Shown here: positions 1-10,115 of the stretch, piece by piece
How positions within the stretch are numbered: the stretch's first letter is position 1
How the letters are laid out: the number at the start of each line of letters is the position of its first letter
Virus record (IMG/VR): IMGVR_UViG_3300013383_000027
Span: 1-64,000 of that record
Length of the DNA stretch: 64,000 nt
Origin: a virus
Lineage: Duplodnaviria; Caudoviricetes
Direction: 5' to 3' (one strand)
Translations under genes and position numbers: made by a program
Notes under the pieces: generated by a model
Seen by the model: the letters and a program-made list of their open reading frames with translations, nothing else
What the model was told of the DNA's origin: nothing
Database searches by the model: none

Positions 1-77
1 AAATATTATTAAAAAGTTTATTTAAAATAAAAATTTTAGTATTATATAAATATAAATAATTAAAGAATTTAATTAAT

Positions 78-193
78 TTAAATATAATCCGAAAATACGT
101 TTTTCTTTCTTAAAATTCCAATCGCACCATTTATGTCAGCATTCAGAATTTTGTTGCATGAAGATTCTGTGCGGTTCTCGTTTTTCCAATTTC
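78..193 (-). pseudogene. tnpB: 3' remnant of an IS200/IS605/IS607-type TnpB nuclease
   Basis: Translation ends KILNADINGAIGILRKKNVFSD, matching the TnpB C-terminal RuvC motif. There is no upstream TnpB body because a different gene occupies 194-712. Downstream 1-77 is extremely AT-rich. Confidence 0.6.
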
Positions 194-712
194 TCAGTGT
201 CCACAGAGTTTGGCGATAGCCTCTATTATCGACGCTCCATATGGGGAAAACCCAAGAATCGCCATTGCAATGTACGGATACGGCATTGTAAGGACTTTCT
301 TTATCGTCCCATTCCAAGACTGGTCCTTCTCTTCGAATTCCGGCTGGTTGTTGTCAATGCCAAGTGAGTGTTTGTACTCGTCAAGAATGCGCTAATGCTC
401 CTCCTTCTCTTCTTGGTTCTCGACATACTTCATAGCCTTGCAGGTGAGACACTGCGACCGGTTGGCTTTTTGAACGGTAACATTTATTTTCGCGTCAACC
501 TCAGTGACGAATGTACTTTGTGTGACCGCCAGAAGCTGTATGGCTTCCGTCATCTTCTAGATTTTCTCCTCTGGCGAAATTCCGTTGGTCGCCGTAGTCG
601 TCAGGTTGATGAGCTTAATATAAAGTTTCTTGTAGTTGTCGCTCATGTTCGAATTTGCAATGCGCGTCTTCGCAAACTCGGCGTCATCAATCATGTCTTT
701 TGTAGTTGACAT
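194..712 (-). CDS. Hypothetical protein (172 aa) with C-terminal hydrophobic segment; holin-like candidate; 2 in-frame TAG
   Basis: Absent from the ORF track. Manual translation: MSTTKDMIDDAEFAK...SPEEKI*KMTEAIQLL...EEH*RILDEY...VLTMPYPYIAMAILGFSPYGASIIEAIAKLCGH-TGA. Confidence 0.6.
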
Positions 713-736
713 CGGAGGTTCCGTTCCTTGGGTTGT

Positions 737-1579
737 TTATCTGTTTTCAGCGCCGTAGATGGACCCAACGAAGGTGTTCGGCGAGTTGAGCGTCAACGAT
801 CCCTCAACATTATAGTACTTGTTCGAGTTTGTTCCCACTACGAATCCGGTCGAGATGCGGAGCTTCAGACCGCGCTTCACCGGGAAGGTGAAACCGACAT
901 ACGAACAGAAGTTGTTTCCGATGAACGGCTGAAGCTGAAGAATCCTCCACTCGTTCGAGTCTCCGGTCGTTATGTTTCCCTCAAGCGAAACCCACCTCGT
1001 TGCGTTGTTCTTCCTTTTGTTTTCCGGTTCGTCAAGCCACCCAAAGCAGGTAAAAACACCGGATGTCTGACAGGTGATTTCATTTGAAACGCGTCCTTGC
1101 ACAATCATTCTGTATGCCGTGTTGTACTCTTTTGATGTTGTGAGCTTCCCGTCGGTTACCGCATCCGCACCAATAAACAGCGGGGAGTTTTCCTCGGTGA
1201 ATATCTTCATCGCCTATACGTTGACGACATTGTTAAGATCTGATTCACCCGTGGTTGTCGTTGGGCATGTGAGCTTGTCCTTGAACACCTTCTCTCCCTG
1301 GAATGCGTTTCCGTCCTTGCAGTCAAGCTTGTATATCCTCTACACGGTATTACTCAGGTCTCGGAAGTCGGAGAGTTCCTACATGCTGCCGGATTCCTTT
1401 AGGAGGTCCTTCATGTTCCGGTTCACGGTGCTCTTGAGATCACCTACGCTGACGTGCTTGCTCATGTACTTCCTCACGCCGCTTGCGTCGACATCGACCG
1501 GCACGGAGACCTCAATAAACGAACTGTCGACCGGATTTTTCGCGGTCGGCAATTGGGAAACTGACCTGACAAGACCCAT
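737..1579 (-). CDS. Tail-fibre-associated virion protein (280 aa); 3 in-frame TAG
   Basis: Track ORFs 1379-1579 and 737-1210 join in frame through TAGs (...NNVVNV*AMKIFTEE). It ends in TAA and is preceded by a GTAAATA motif. The N-terminus resembles those of other fibre proteins in the window. Confidence 0.65.
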
Positions 1580-1606
1580 TTATACCTGACTTTCCTTGAT
1601 TTAAGA

Positions 1607-1665
1607 TATTTACATAAAAAATAACGAGAAAGATGCCAGGTCTTTAGCCTGGCATAGAGTTCACA
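1607..1665 (-). repeat. Hairpin repeat cassette copy 1 plus GTAAATA late-promoter motif
   Basis: Plus strand: tatttac...acgagaaag ATGCCAGG tctttag CCTGGCAT agagttcac. It lies 12 nt after the TAA of the GT32 gene. Confidence 0.9.
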
Positions 1666-1677
1666 TTTTTGAAGGTC

Positions 1678-2403
1678 TTATCGAAGCAATTTGTCGTATT
1701 TGCAAAATGGAATTGATGACACATTGGACGACGCCCAGCTAAACGAGTTGAAATGGTCGATGTAGAAGTCAGGAGAAAGTGACCATTTCCCATATCTGAG
1801 CGAACAACGCCTAAACTTGATTCTGTTTCCGACAAATCTCAGGTTCGAGTGCCAGTTCGGAGTCGTCTGCAGTAGTTCAACAACATCTTCACGTCTTCTA
1901 AGCGGAAATTCCCAAAAACCAGTTGGTGATGACGGCTCTGAGCCCATGAAATAGTTGTCCGGGAATATATTGTTGGCTTCATAGTGTCTCGTGACGCAGA
2001 ATCTTCCAGATGAAAGAAGTTCATCATCAAACGGCTTCACAGGAAATGTGTCGCAGTCTAGATATATTCCACCATACTCATTCATGAGTTCCATTCGAAC
2101 AATGTCGGAAAGGATTTGGATGAATCTCAGGTTCTTTCCATAAACATTCTTCTGTTTCCAGATATACTCTCCGTAAAAGTCGTTCCTTCCGAGAAGCGAG
2201 TCGATGCATCTGCGTATCTGGACGTCATATCTTGAATTAAAATCGAAATCTGCCGAACCAATTCTTTCGATTTCCCTAACTGAACGGAAAACCCTGACTA
2301 TCTCGAAATCAGGGTTCACCTCCTTGAAGTTTCCTATCGAGAACTCGACATAATCTGGCATCGAGTTCCCAAACCAGACGAAAAACAACCTCTTCGGAAT
2401 CAT
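1678..2403 (-). CDS. Glycosyltransferase, GT32/DXD sugar-binding family
   Basis: MIPKRLFFVWFG start and DIVRMELMNEYGGIYLDCD motif typical of GT32. Confidence 0.85.
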   Translation of the reverse strand: MIPKRLFFVWFGNSMPDYVEFSIGNFKEVNPDFEIVRVFRSVREIERIGSADFDFNSRYDVQIRRCIDSLLGRNDFYGEYIWKQKNVYGKNLRFIQILSDIVRMELMNEYGGIYLDCDTFPVKPFDDELLSSGRFCVTRHYEANNIFPDNYFMGSEPSSPTGFWEFPLRRREDVVELLQTTPNWHSNLRFVGNRIKFRRCSLRYGKWSLSPDFYIDHFNSFSWASSNVSSIPFCKYDKLLR

Positions 2404-3170
2404 TGCGCCTTTGAACGGAACTTCTCGTTGAGTTCCTTCAGAGGTTCTATCAGTTTTCCAAGCGGCGTATCGTGATATTCGTCAGAAAGGGCGTTCACGT
2501 CCTTCGGGAAGCACTTTCCTCCGTATCCGAAGCATCCGTCAGGACCTGGAACCTGCGTATGGGTCTTGTTTATGTAACCGGAAAGGAGGATTCCGTCCCT
2601 AACATTCCCGAAATCGAGACTATCGCGTTCGCATATGTCATTTATCGCGTTGAAATACGTGACCTTGAGCGCCCCGAAGACGTTATGTGCGTACTTTGCA
2701 AGCGAAGCCTCCATACTCGACATGCAAATGTGCTCCTTTCCGGGGAAAATCCGCTCAAGAAGCCCGATGTTGCCAGTAAAAACCATTTTCTGGCGACGAA
2801 AATCCTCAATATAAGTCCTTTCCGTGAGAAATTCCGGCATATGATGGACTTTTTCGTTGATTTCCTTCAGTTTTTTGAGATTTTTTGGAAGAGTCGTCGT
2901 CCGAATCCAGATGTCCTTGCCTTTTGGAATCATTCTTATGATGTCCTCAAGCACGCCGATGTCCTGCTTGCCGTTTTCAAGAGTTGGAACATGAATCTGA
3001 ATAAAAAATGCATCAATTTCCTCGTTTTCGTATACATTTTCATCATAACCCTTTGCCGGATCCGAAATGTGGAGGATGACATTCGGGTTGTTTTCCTCCA
3101 GCCAGACCTTTAGTGCCGTCCCGATGAAACCACATCCAACCAAACCAACATCAATTTTTTCTGATTTCAT
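2400..3170 (-). CDS. UDP-glucose/GDP-mannose dehydrogenase family protein (short form, C-terminal domain absent)
   Basis: VGLVGCGFIG Rossmann motif, PEFLTE, AKYAHNVFGALKVTYFN and GFGYGGKCFPKD catalytic motif. Confidence 0.9.
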   Translation of the reverse strand: MKSEKIDVGLVGCGFIGTALKVWLEENNPNVILHISDPAKGYDENVYENEEIDAFFIQIHVPTLENGKQDIGVLEDIIRMIPKGKDIWIRTTTLPKNLKKLKEINEKVHHMPEFLTERTYIEDFRRQKMVFTGNIGLLERIFPGKEHICMSSMEASLAKYAHNVFGALKVTYFNAINDICERDSLDFGNVRDGILLSGYINKTHTQVPGPDGCFGYGGKCFPKDVNALSDEYHDTPLGKLIEPLKELNEKFRSKAQ

Positions 3171-4080
3171 TGATAACCTCCAATATTTTGTCGTTTTCTG
3201 TAAGATTTAAACAGTTAATGTCATTTTTGCAGTCGTTGTAGCGGACCTGAAGCCCAATGTCGACATAGTTCAGGTCTATCATGACCTCCTTGTCATGAAG
3301 AAAACACTCCGTGACAAGCCTGGGGCTGCAGTCGAATCGCCTTTTAACCGGTGTATAAATGTACTTGTCGAACTTGTCGAAAAGATTCTCAACCGGAGCC
3401 TCCACCTGCTCTATGTCGTCAAGGTTATCATATTCGGGAAGAAGCTTCGGAACGATGAGAATGCTCCTGCTGCACCCCGAATTGCGGTGGTATTCCTGTA
3501 TGACCTCCGGAGTCACCTTTCTACACGCAAACGTAACATAAAACATTCCCGTGTTGTCATATGTCCTGTTTGGCTTCCTGTAGTACACAAACGGAAGCTT
3601 TTTCACATAATCGAATGTCCTGTAGTAATTATTCGGCTTATAGATTCGGTAGTCCTTCAAGTACACCATGTTCCTGTAGATCGGGGACCTTGTGTTGATT
3701 GCCTCGTCCTTCTCTCCGCACATGAATCCTATCAGGTGTTTTGACATCAAGAGAATGCCATACAATTCAAGCTGGTGGATATTCCCGTCACAGAGCAATA
3801 CGACGGTATCCTTCCCGAACACATACACCTTCTCCCGCTTGAACTCATCAGGTGTTATGTAGGTTATGTCATCTACTATATCATCAAACGATATGTTGTA
3901 TTTCGACTCGAATGCAACCCTTATCTTTTCCCTGCTCATTCCCCCGAAGAAGATTATTCCAGCCTTCATGTAATTCCTAAGGAACAGGTAATAGTCAAAA
4001 CACTCGAACAGATGTCCGGTTATCTCGTCGATTGGAGAATATGTCAGAATTATGTCGTATGACGACTCTATCTTTCGCAT
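3151..4080 (-). CDS. Hypothetical protein (309 aa), possibly a glycosyltransferase-like fold
   Basis: Long ORF overlapping both neighbours in the operon. No diagnostic motif recognised. Confidence 0.6.
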   Translation of the reverse strand: MRKIESSYDIILTYSPIDEITGHLFECFDYYLFLRNYMKAGIIFFGGMSREKIRVAFESKYNISFDDIVDDITYITPDEFKREKVYVFGKDTVVLLCDGNIHQLELYGILLMSKHLIGFMCGEKDEAINTRSPIYRNMVYLKDYRIYKPNNYYRTFDYVKKLPFVYYRKPNRTYDNTGMFYVTFACRKVTPEVIQEYHRNSGCSRSILIVPKLLPEYDNLDDIEQVEAPVENLFDKFDKYIYTPVKRRFDCSPRLVTECFLHDKEVMIDLNYVDIGLQVRYNDCKNDINCLNLTENDKILEVINEIRKN

Positions 4081-4991
4081 CAGATTATCGAGTTCCTGTT
4101 GTTCCTATTGCAGTATTCTACGACTCTCATGTTGCAATAGCGGCAGCATTCGCATTTTCCGGAAAGTATGTCGTCGTAATTTCCGTCCCAACCCGTCAGG
4201 TTGTTTTCCTCCATGTGGACATAGCATGGATAGATATCACCAAACGCGTCAATCTGCAAGGAATAATCTTTTATGCTTTGACAATAAATATCTGTCTTCC
4301 CCATTTTTCTGTAGAAATCAACCAGGGAATTTATTTTTTTGTATGTATCATATATATCTTTTGGCGGAAGAAAATCTAAATACTCAAAATTGTTTTTGTA
4401 ATCATCTTGTGGAGATGGATAACAAGTGTCAAGGTATTCAATCTTATGAAATCCAACTAACATGTTTTTAAATTTGTTTGATTTTATATCATCGTTATTG
4501 TATGAAAACCTAATGCATTTCGCACAATCTATATTTCTTATTCTACGTATGCATGATGCATGTCTAAGAATACGTTCTAGATTCGTATTTACCCTGTAAT
4601 GTTCGTGATTTTTCTGGTTGCTTCCACACAATGTAAACCAGATCTCGTCATTATCATCCATTAAATCGCCAAGTCTATTCCAATATTCATCCTCATGCAA
4701 ATCTCCATTCGTGCATATTTTTATCTTTAAACCACGTTTCTTTATCTCATTTACGATCTCATGAAATTCTGGGTGAGTTGTCGGCTCAGATAATTGACCA
4801 ATCAAATAAACTGTCTTCAAATTTGGAAAAGAAAAAATCTGTTTCAGGACTTTTTCTCCGTTTCTATAGAACGGTTTCTTGTATTTTTCACTGAAAGATA
4901 TTTTGTTTCTATAGCAAAGCGGACATTTCGCATTGCATATTGTCGTCAAATCGAGCTCCACCAACTGTACTTCATTGTATTTCAAATGCAT
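4080..4991 (-). CDS. Radical SAM protein with SPASM/twitch-type C-terminus
   Basis: CNAKCPLC (CxxxCxxC), IGQLSEPTTHP, TNG, C-terminal CQS...IDAFGDIYPC...CECCRYC. Confidence 0.9.
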   Translation of the reverse strand: MHLKYNEVQLVELDLTTICNAKCPLCYRNKISFSEKYKKPFYRNGEKVLKQIFSFPNLKTVYLIGQLSEPTTHPEFHEIVNEIKKRGLKIKICTNGDLHEDEYWNRLGDLMDDNDEIWFTLCGSNQKNHEHYRVNTNLERILRHASCIRRIRNIDCAKCIRFSYNNDDIKSNKFKNMLVGFHKIEYLDTCYPSPQDDYKNNFEYLDFLPPKDIYDTYKKINSLVDFYRKMGKTDIYCQSIKDYSLQIDAFGDIYPCYVHMEENNLTGWDGNYDDILSGKCECCRYCNMRVVEYCNRNNRNSII

Positions 4992-5599
4992 TGTACCCTC
5001 TCAAAATCTTTATCGTGTATCATACGTTTTATTGATTCTTTTGTCATTCTATCTGAAAATTTCGATATGATTTCATGTTTCCTTTTTTCAGACAATATCG
5101 GTCCTGTCTGTTCATGGAAGAAAGATGATGGAATCAAATCAAACAAAATATCCCTGTTTATTTCAAGAAAATTTCCAAGACGGCATATATTGTCATCTGT
5201 GACAACAATGACATATCTAACATTATACTCGTCGTGTTTTTCAATTTGTTCTTTTTCAAACAAATCTTGCGAGCAATGATATAATATCTCAAAAGTTTTT
5301 TCACACAATCTAGGATACTTGAAAAACATCCCGTTCGTTTCTATGTATATTTTACATTCCTTTTCTTGCAAGTTCTTAAAATATTCTTCAAGTATATCTT
5401 CCTGTACAAGTCCTGGTTCTCCACCAAATATGGTAACGTTTGATTTTTCTGGAATTGTTTTTAATCTTGAAATTATATTTTCTGCATCACAATTGGCATT
5501 CATGTCCACTTTATTTCTTACTGCACAATAAGGACAATTCCAATTGCATTTTGTTGTTATCAAGATTGAATAATCATTTTCTACATTAAGAATTGGCAT
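4982..5599 (-). CDS. Radical SAM protein (short, 205 aa)
   Basis: CNWNCPYC, FGGEPGL, IETNG. Confidence 0.9.
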   Translation of the reverse strand: MPILNVENDYSILITTKCNWNCPYCAVRNKVDMNANCDAENIISRLKTIPEKSNVTIFGGEPGLVQEDILEEYFKNLQEKECKIYIETNGMFFKYPRLCEKTFEILYHCSQDLFEKEQIEKHDEYNVRYVIVVTDDNICRLGNFLEINRDILFDLIPSSFFHEQTGPILSEKRKHEIISKFSDRMTKESIKRMIHDKDFERVQCI

Positions 5600-6374
5600 T
5601 TAAAAATCTCTTTGAATTTTTTAAGTCTAACATGAAGTCAGAAATGGTCTTGTGTTTATCCTCCAGATAAAAATCAGAAAGATGCAACTTTATGTTTGTT
5701 TCGCTCATTCTGTCTTTTCTTTCTTTGTAGCGTTCTATCTTTCTGCATAGACCAATATCGTGAAAATGAAAACATTTTATTTTATTTGTTTGTATACATT
5801 TGCCACATATTTCTGGTTTTGATTCATAACATCCGGGAAGATAATTCGTCTCTTTTACTAGATTTGGATTAAAAACCAACATTTTTTGTTTCTTTCCAAA
5901 TCTATCATATTTTTTATCTATATCATTGTAGTATTTCCATTCATCTATATAAAAAGTATCAACTATATTGTGCATCAATCTACCATCATATTTTGGAAAA
6001 ACATATGAAATCAAATTTAGGAATTCTGGTGTTATTGTCGCGATGTTTTCATTCTTCATTTCTCTTAAAATCAGTTCTGGTTCATCTATAAACAAACATT
6101 CGTCCATGTCTGAAACTATAACAAAATCCGTTTTACCAACAACATTTTTCCAACACATGTTTTTTATTCTCAAGAGTTCCATGTCATCGAGAATACCATT
6201 TGTTTTCCACACCTTGACAGTAACGAAAGGTATTTTTTTGAGAAATTCATATGAACCATCGTTTGATTCGTTGTCATAAACCGTAACATGCGCATTCATA
6301 TGCTTCCAATAATCGACAACAAACGGAAGTATTTGGATTTCATTATAGCAAAACGTGAACCATTCAACGATCAT
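5586..6374 (-). CDS. Glycosyltransferase (GT2/GT92-like)
   Basis: TFCYNEIQILPF, VYDNESNDGS and FVIVSDMDE (DXD) motifs. Confidence 0.8.
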   Translation of the reverse strand: MIVEWFTFCYNEIQILPFVVDYWKHMNAHVTVYDNESNDGSYEFLKKIPFVTVKVWKTNGILDDMELLRIKNMCWKNVVGKTDFVIVSDMDECLFIDEPELILREMKNENIATITPEFLNLISYVFPKYDGRLMHNIVDTFYIDEWKYYNDIDKKYDRFGKKQKMLVFNPNLVKETNYLPGCYESKPEICGKCIQTNKIKCFHFHDIGLCRKIERYKERKDRMSETNIKLHLSDFYLEDKHKTISDFMLDLKNSKRFLNANS

Positions 6375-7257
6375 GAATTTCTCCGTTTCCTATTGTTACC
6401 CCGAAATTTCCATGTCTACAAAATGGACATTTGCAGACAACAGTTGTGTATTTTTCAACATCAAATCCATCTTTTATGTTATATAAGGGTTTGTCTCCAT
6501 AGTAAAATTCATTTTGACATGGATATACATTCCCATTTACGTGAATATACAATGTATCAACACCGGCGGTACATTCATTTCCGGAATAATCATCCATATA
6601 CACAGCCGAAAAATCATCAAAGATAGATTTATATATGTCCTTGTGCCCAATATGCTTTTTTACGTCAACAAAACCATTTTTAATGAGAATTGAAGAAAAA
6701 TTACGAATATCATCATCTGAATATTGAAATACACCACTTGGTTTATATAAAAGCCACGGAACAATAACGTTTTTATACTTTTCTTTCAAAGTATAAATTA
6801 CATTTCCCCATCTATCTGAATTTCCAAACTCATACATCATGGCTATTTCAATTATGTTGGCTTGGTTTATTCCAGTTAGACCGTTCAAGAATGATACGAA
6901 TGTTGTGTCGTTTGTTTCAGTGTGCCACGATACTGAAAACTTCACATTTTTTGAAAGCAATTCAGCATAATCACATCTAGCGACAGAAAGATTTGTATAC
7001 ATATCCACACTACATACATTTTTTATATTGAATGATCTTGTTACAAGTTCTGAAACCTTTGGATGTAGTGATGGTTCTCCACCTATTAAAGACAATTTTA
7101 TATTTCGTCCGGTTTTCTCTGAAATTTGCGCAAGGAAATTCAAGAGAATGTCAATATCAATAAAATTCCCACTTCTTGGCTGTCTGTTGTAGCAATACGA
7201 ACATTTAAAATTACACGCGTCAGAAATATAAACAAGAATTGTTAACTCAGTATTCAA
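6364..7257 (-). CDS. Radical SAM/twitch protein, paralog of 8320-9279
   Basis: CNFKCSYC, IGGEPSLHP, CTAGVDTLYIHVNGNVYPC...CKCPFC. Confidence 0.9.
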   Translation of the reverse strand: MNTELTILVYISDACNFKCSYCYNRQPRSGNFIDIDILLNFLAQISEKTGRNIKLSLIGGEPSLHPKVSELVTRSFNIKNVCSVDMYTNLSVARCDYAELLSKNVKFSVSWHTETNDTTFVSFLNGLTGINQANIIEIAMMYEFGNSDRWGNVIYTLKEKYKNVIVPWLLYKPSGVFQYSDDDIRNFSSILIKNGFVDVKKHIGHKDIYKSIFDDFSAVYMDDYSGNECTAGVDTLYIHVNGNVYPCQNEFYYGDKPLYNIKDGFDVEKYTTVVCKCPFCRHGNFGVTIGNGEIHDR

Positions 7258-8323
7258 TATATTCGTCCTCTCTTATGAGATCAAGTGTCGAACAATGTAT
7301 ACCGCCAGCAAATATCTCACCATTATCCAATTCAACCTCAATGATATCGAATCCATTCTGTTCAAGTGCCTTTTTAACACCATATGCTTTTTTGTTCACA
7401 AGTACGGTATGCTCATCCAGACTTAAAACATTTATATCCATTCCACGACTTGATGCAAGACGTATATCAATATCTGTCATTCCTCTAACATCAAGTTGTT
7501 CTGTTAGATCCTCTGGGATAATGAAGTTCCATTTTTTGAATTTTTCTGGCAACATGTCTCTTACACAAGCGAATTTAGGATTCAACAGGAATGTCCCAGG
7601 TTTAAGACACACAAGTTCACCATCAATATGCGAATCTGCGCATTTGACAACGTGGAATTTCGATTCTGGGAACAACGACTTGACCCATTTGTATCCAAGA
7701 TATTGATTTTGTGTGGCTACATTTACAATAACATCCTTTCCTATTGTCAAAAAATTTGGAGCATCAATCGACATCTCATATCTCGCATTCGCGTTCGTGA
7801 AATCTCTGTCTTCCTTCCAGTCGACCAAATCGTACGTTTCCTTAATCAAATGGGTGTTCGGAGCCTTTATCCACTTACCGCCATTCCCGTTATCAAACGC
7901 CCTCTGGAATATTCTGTACATCTGCAGGTTCTCAAAAACCCTGTTCCTCAGACATATCGGTGTCTCCACAATCGTGTCGTTGTAGACCAGTGTGAGATCC
8001 CTGACATTGTTGGCCGAACTCATCTCGGTGTCATATGTCGGGGTCTTTATCTTGTGAACTCCAATTACCCTGTCCGGCCGGAAAACGGTTACACCAAGAC
8101 TTTCAAGGACACCTGCAAGCGCGTCAAGCTGTTCCACCCTTCTCTGCAATATATTCTCGGTTATTGAATACAACTCATGTCGGCTGTTGTAGAGTCCCTC
8201 GGGGAGAAGGTTCTCCCTGAAGAAATTCCTGAACGTAAAATCGATCAGACGACGGCTTATTTCAAGCTCACGCCCGACAATAACCTCCCGCAACTTCCCA
8301 AAAGTCGTATTACAGTGAATCAT
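7247..8323 (-). CDS. Amidinotransferase (glycine / inosamine-phosphate amidinotransferase family)
   Basis: FGKLREVIVGR, NVRDLTLVYNDTIVETP, DAPNFLTIGKD, SHIDGELV, C-terminal GGIHCSTLDL with the catalytic Cys. Confidence 0.9.
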   Translation of the reverse strand: MIHCNTTFGKLREVIVGRELEISRRLIDFTFRNFFRENLLPEGLYNSRHELYSITENILQRRVEQLDALAGVLESLGVTVFRPDRVIGVHKIKTPTYDTEMSSANNVRDLTLVYNDTIVETPICLRNRVFENLQMYRIFQRAFDNGNGGKWIKAPNTHLIKETYDLVDWKEDRDFTNANARYEMSIDAPNFLTIGKDVIVNVATQNQYLGYKWVKSLFPESKFHVVKCADSHIDGELVCLKPGTFLLNPKFACVRDMLPEKFKKWNFIIPEDLTEQLDVRGMTDIDIRLASSRGMDINVLSLDEHTVLVNKKAYGVKKALEQNGFDIIEVELDNGEIFAGGIHCSTLDLIREDEYIEY

Positions 8324-9279
8324 TTCTTCACACCCTTCAGTATCTTCTCCTTGCGGACGTCGAAGTCACACGAGCAGTAATCAACAGAACATATGCACGG
8401 CTTGAACAGTTCCCTCCTGTACTCTCCATTCGTCTCCATAAGGTTGCAAATTGGCTTCCTTCTATGCTCATAATAACTCTGGCAATTGTATACGTTTCCA
8501 TCGGCATGCACATACACGTAGTCAAGCCCAGCATTACACTTCCAAAGATGGAAATTGACAAGGGGGTTAAGGTACATGTCATTGAAAGAAACCTGCTTCT
8601 CCGTTCCATCACTGTACCTCAGAGTGAAGAAATCCCTGACATACTTGAGTTCTCTCGTGAACCTGTGGTAGAGATCGAGCTGTTCCTGCGTATAGTTATA
8701 CGGCTGTCCATTCTTATCCGTGAGCAGGCTTATCTCAATCCATTTCTTGTAGCGCGGAACGAGAAGCTCATATGTCCTTACCGAGTTCTTCCAGTTGTCC
8801 TTCTCAAACATTATGCGGACTTCGATCAAATCCTTCTCGAAATACATCATCGGTATCGCAAGCATCTTCGAGATGTATTTGTTGTTCGCCGGATCGCACT
8901 TCGTTCCGTGCCACGACGCGGCAATCTTGATGTTCCGCACAAGAAGCCATTTCGCATATTCGAGGTCAAACGTGAAATTTGTTATTATCTCAACCTATAT
9001 ATCGTCGAGGGTGTTTAAGTGTTCAAGGAATCTTTTCAAATCCGGGTGGAGTGTCGGCTCACCTCCTATAAGCGAAACGTTGAGCCTTCTGCCCGTTTTC
9101 CGTTTCATGTCTTCGACAAACCTAAACATAAGTTCGAGATTGGCAAGACCACTTGTTCTCGGAAAGAAGTTATAGCAGTATGGGCAACTGAAGTTGCACC
9201 TGTCTGCGACAAACAACAAAACGTTTATCACAGACACGTCCTGCTTGACGTATTGTTCAATCGGGTATATGTCGTTCAT
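8320..9279 (-). CDS. Radical SAM/twitch protein; 1 in-frame TAG at 8995
   Basis: Track ORFs 8995-9279 (CNFSCPYC, IGGEPTLHP) and 8320-8940 (CNAGLDYVYVHADGNVYNC) join in frame through LDDI*VEIITNF. The joined gene is colinear with paralog 6364-7257. Confidence 0.9.
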
Positions 9280-10115
9280 TTAATCCTTTTGAAAAATTTC
9301 AAACGCTCTGCGACCGGATCGTACTCGTCCGGAAACTCGCCATTCCTGTATATGTGCTCATGTAGAAACGAAATCGTATCAACCTCGTCATCTGCATACA
9401 GGTCGACGGAAGGATACCCCTCGCCGAACTGGTAGTTCTGGACTGGGCGCATGTGAAACTCGCCGTTGAGGAACATTGTGTCGATTACATATTCCTCCAG
9501 CGAGTACCACCCACTCTCCTTGTAGAGTCTCTTCCACCCGTCGCTTTCAAGTATCGACTTGTCCATGCAAAGCGAAAAATATCGTTCATAGAATCCGTTG
9601 TTGAGCCCCGATACGATGAAATTCGTGTCAAACGGAAGATGCCCGTTTAGGGTGGTCCTCTGTCCTTTTGCGGATCTCTCGTCGTACTGTCCGATTACGA
9701 TTTCGTCGTCAAACGGGAGGAGTGACGCGTCAAGTGGTCTCAAAACCTGCATGTCAAGATCAATCTTTATCGAAACCCTGTTCCTCATCTCCGGAAATTG
9801 GCTGAAATAATATCCACAGAGCGGTTCATTGAGAAACCCAATCTTGAAGTCATCGGCACATTCTTGTGGGTCATCAATGTACCTGACTCCAAGATTGCTC
9901 AGCCTTGAAACCGTTTCAGCCTTTACAAACGTCTTGTTGAGGTGTACACAGCAGATGTCAATGTCTTTTAGGATTCCTGCGTTTTTCCGCCACGAACCAA
10001 AACAACGTACAGCCTCCTCCTCGAAAAACCGCGAAACGCTCTTCCCGCCAACAGTTACTTTCTTGTTGGCGTCTATCGGGGAAATAAGCACGAAATCTTC
10101 TGGTTTCAATTCCAT
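9276..10115 (-). CDS. Putative glycosyltransferase-like protein (GT-A, DXD)
   Basis: IKIDLDM DXD-like motif and FDTNFIV segment, plus operon context. Confidence 0.55.
   Translation of the reverse strand: MELKPEDFVLISPIDANKKVTVGGKSVSRFFEEEAVRCFGSWRKNAGILKDIDICCVHLNKTFVKAETVSRLSNLGVRYIDDPQECADDFKIGFLNEPLCGYYFSQFPEMRNRVSIKIDLDMQVLRPLDASLLPFDDEIVIGQYDERSAKGQRTTLNGHLPFDTNFIVSGLNNGFYERYFSLCMDKSILESDGWKRLYKESGWYSLEEYVIDTMFLNGEFHMRPVQNYQFGEGYPSVDLYADDEVDTISFLHEHIYRNGEFPDEYDPVAERLKFFKRIK

Noticed and set aside
45-58. Overlapping TATAAATA T4 late-promoter consensus on the plus strand
   Set aside because: It sits in a nearly pure A/T tract where chance matches are expected. No plus-strand gene follows, and this phage's motif is GTAAATA.
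78-317. Track ORF of 79 aa read as one TnpB-like protein
   Set aside because: Its first half is an alternative frame of the 194-712 gene. Only the last ~35 codons look like TnpB.
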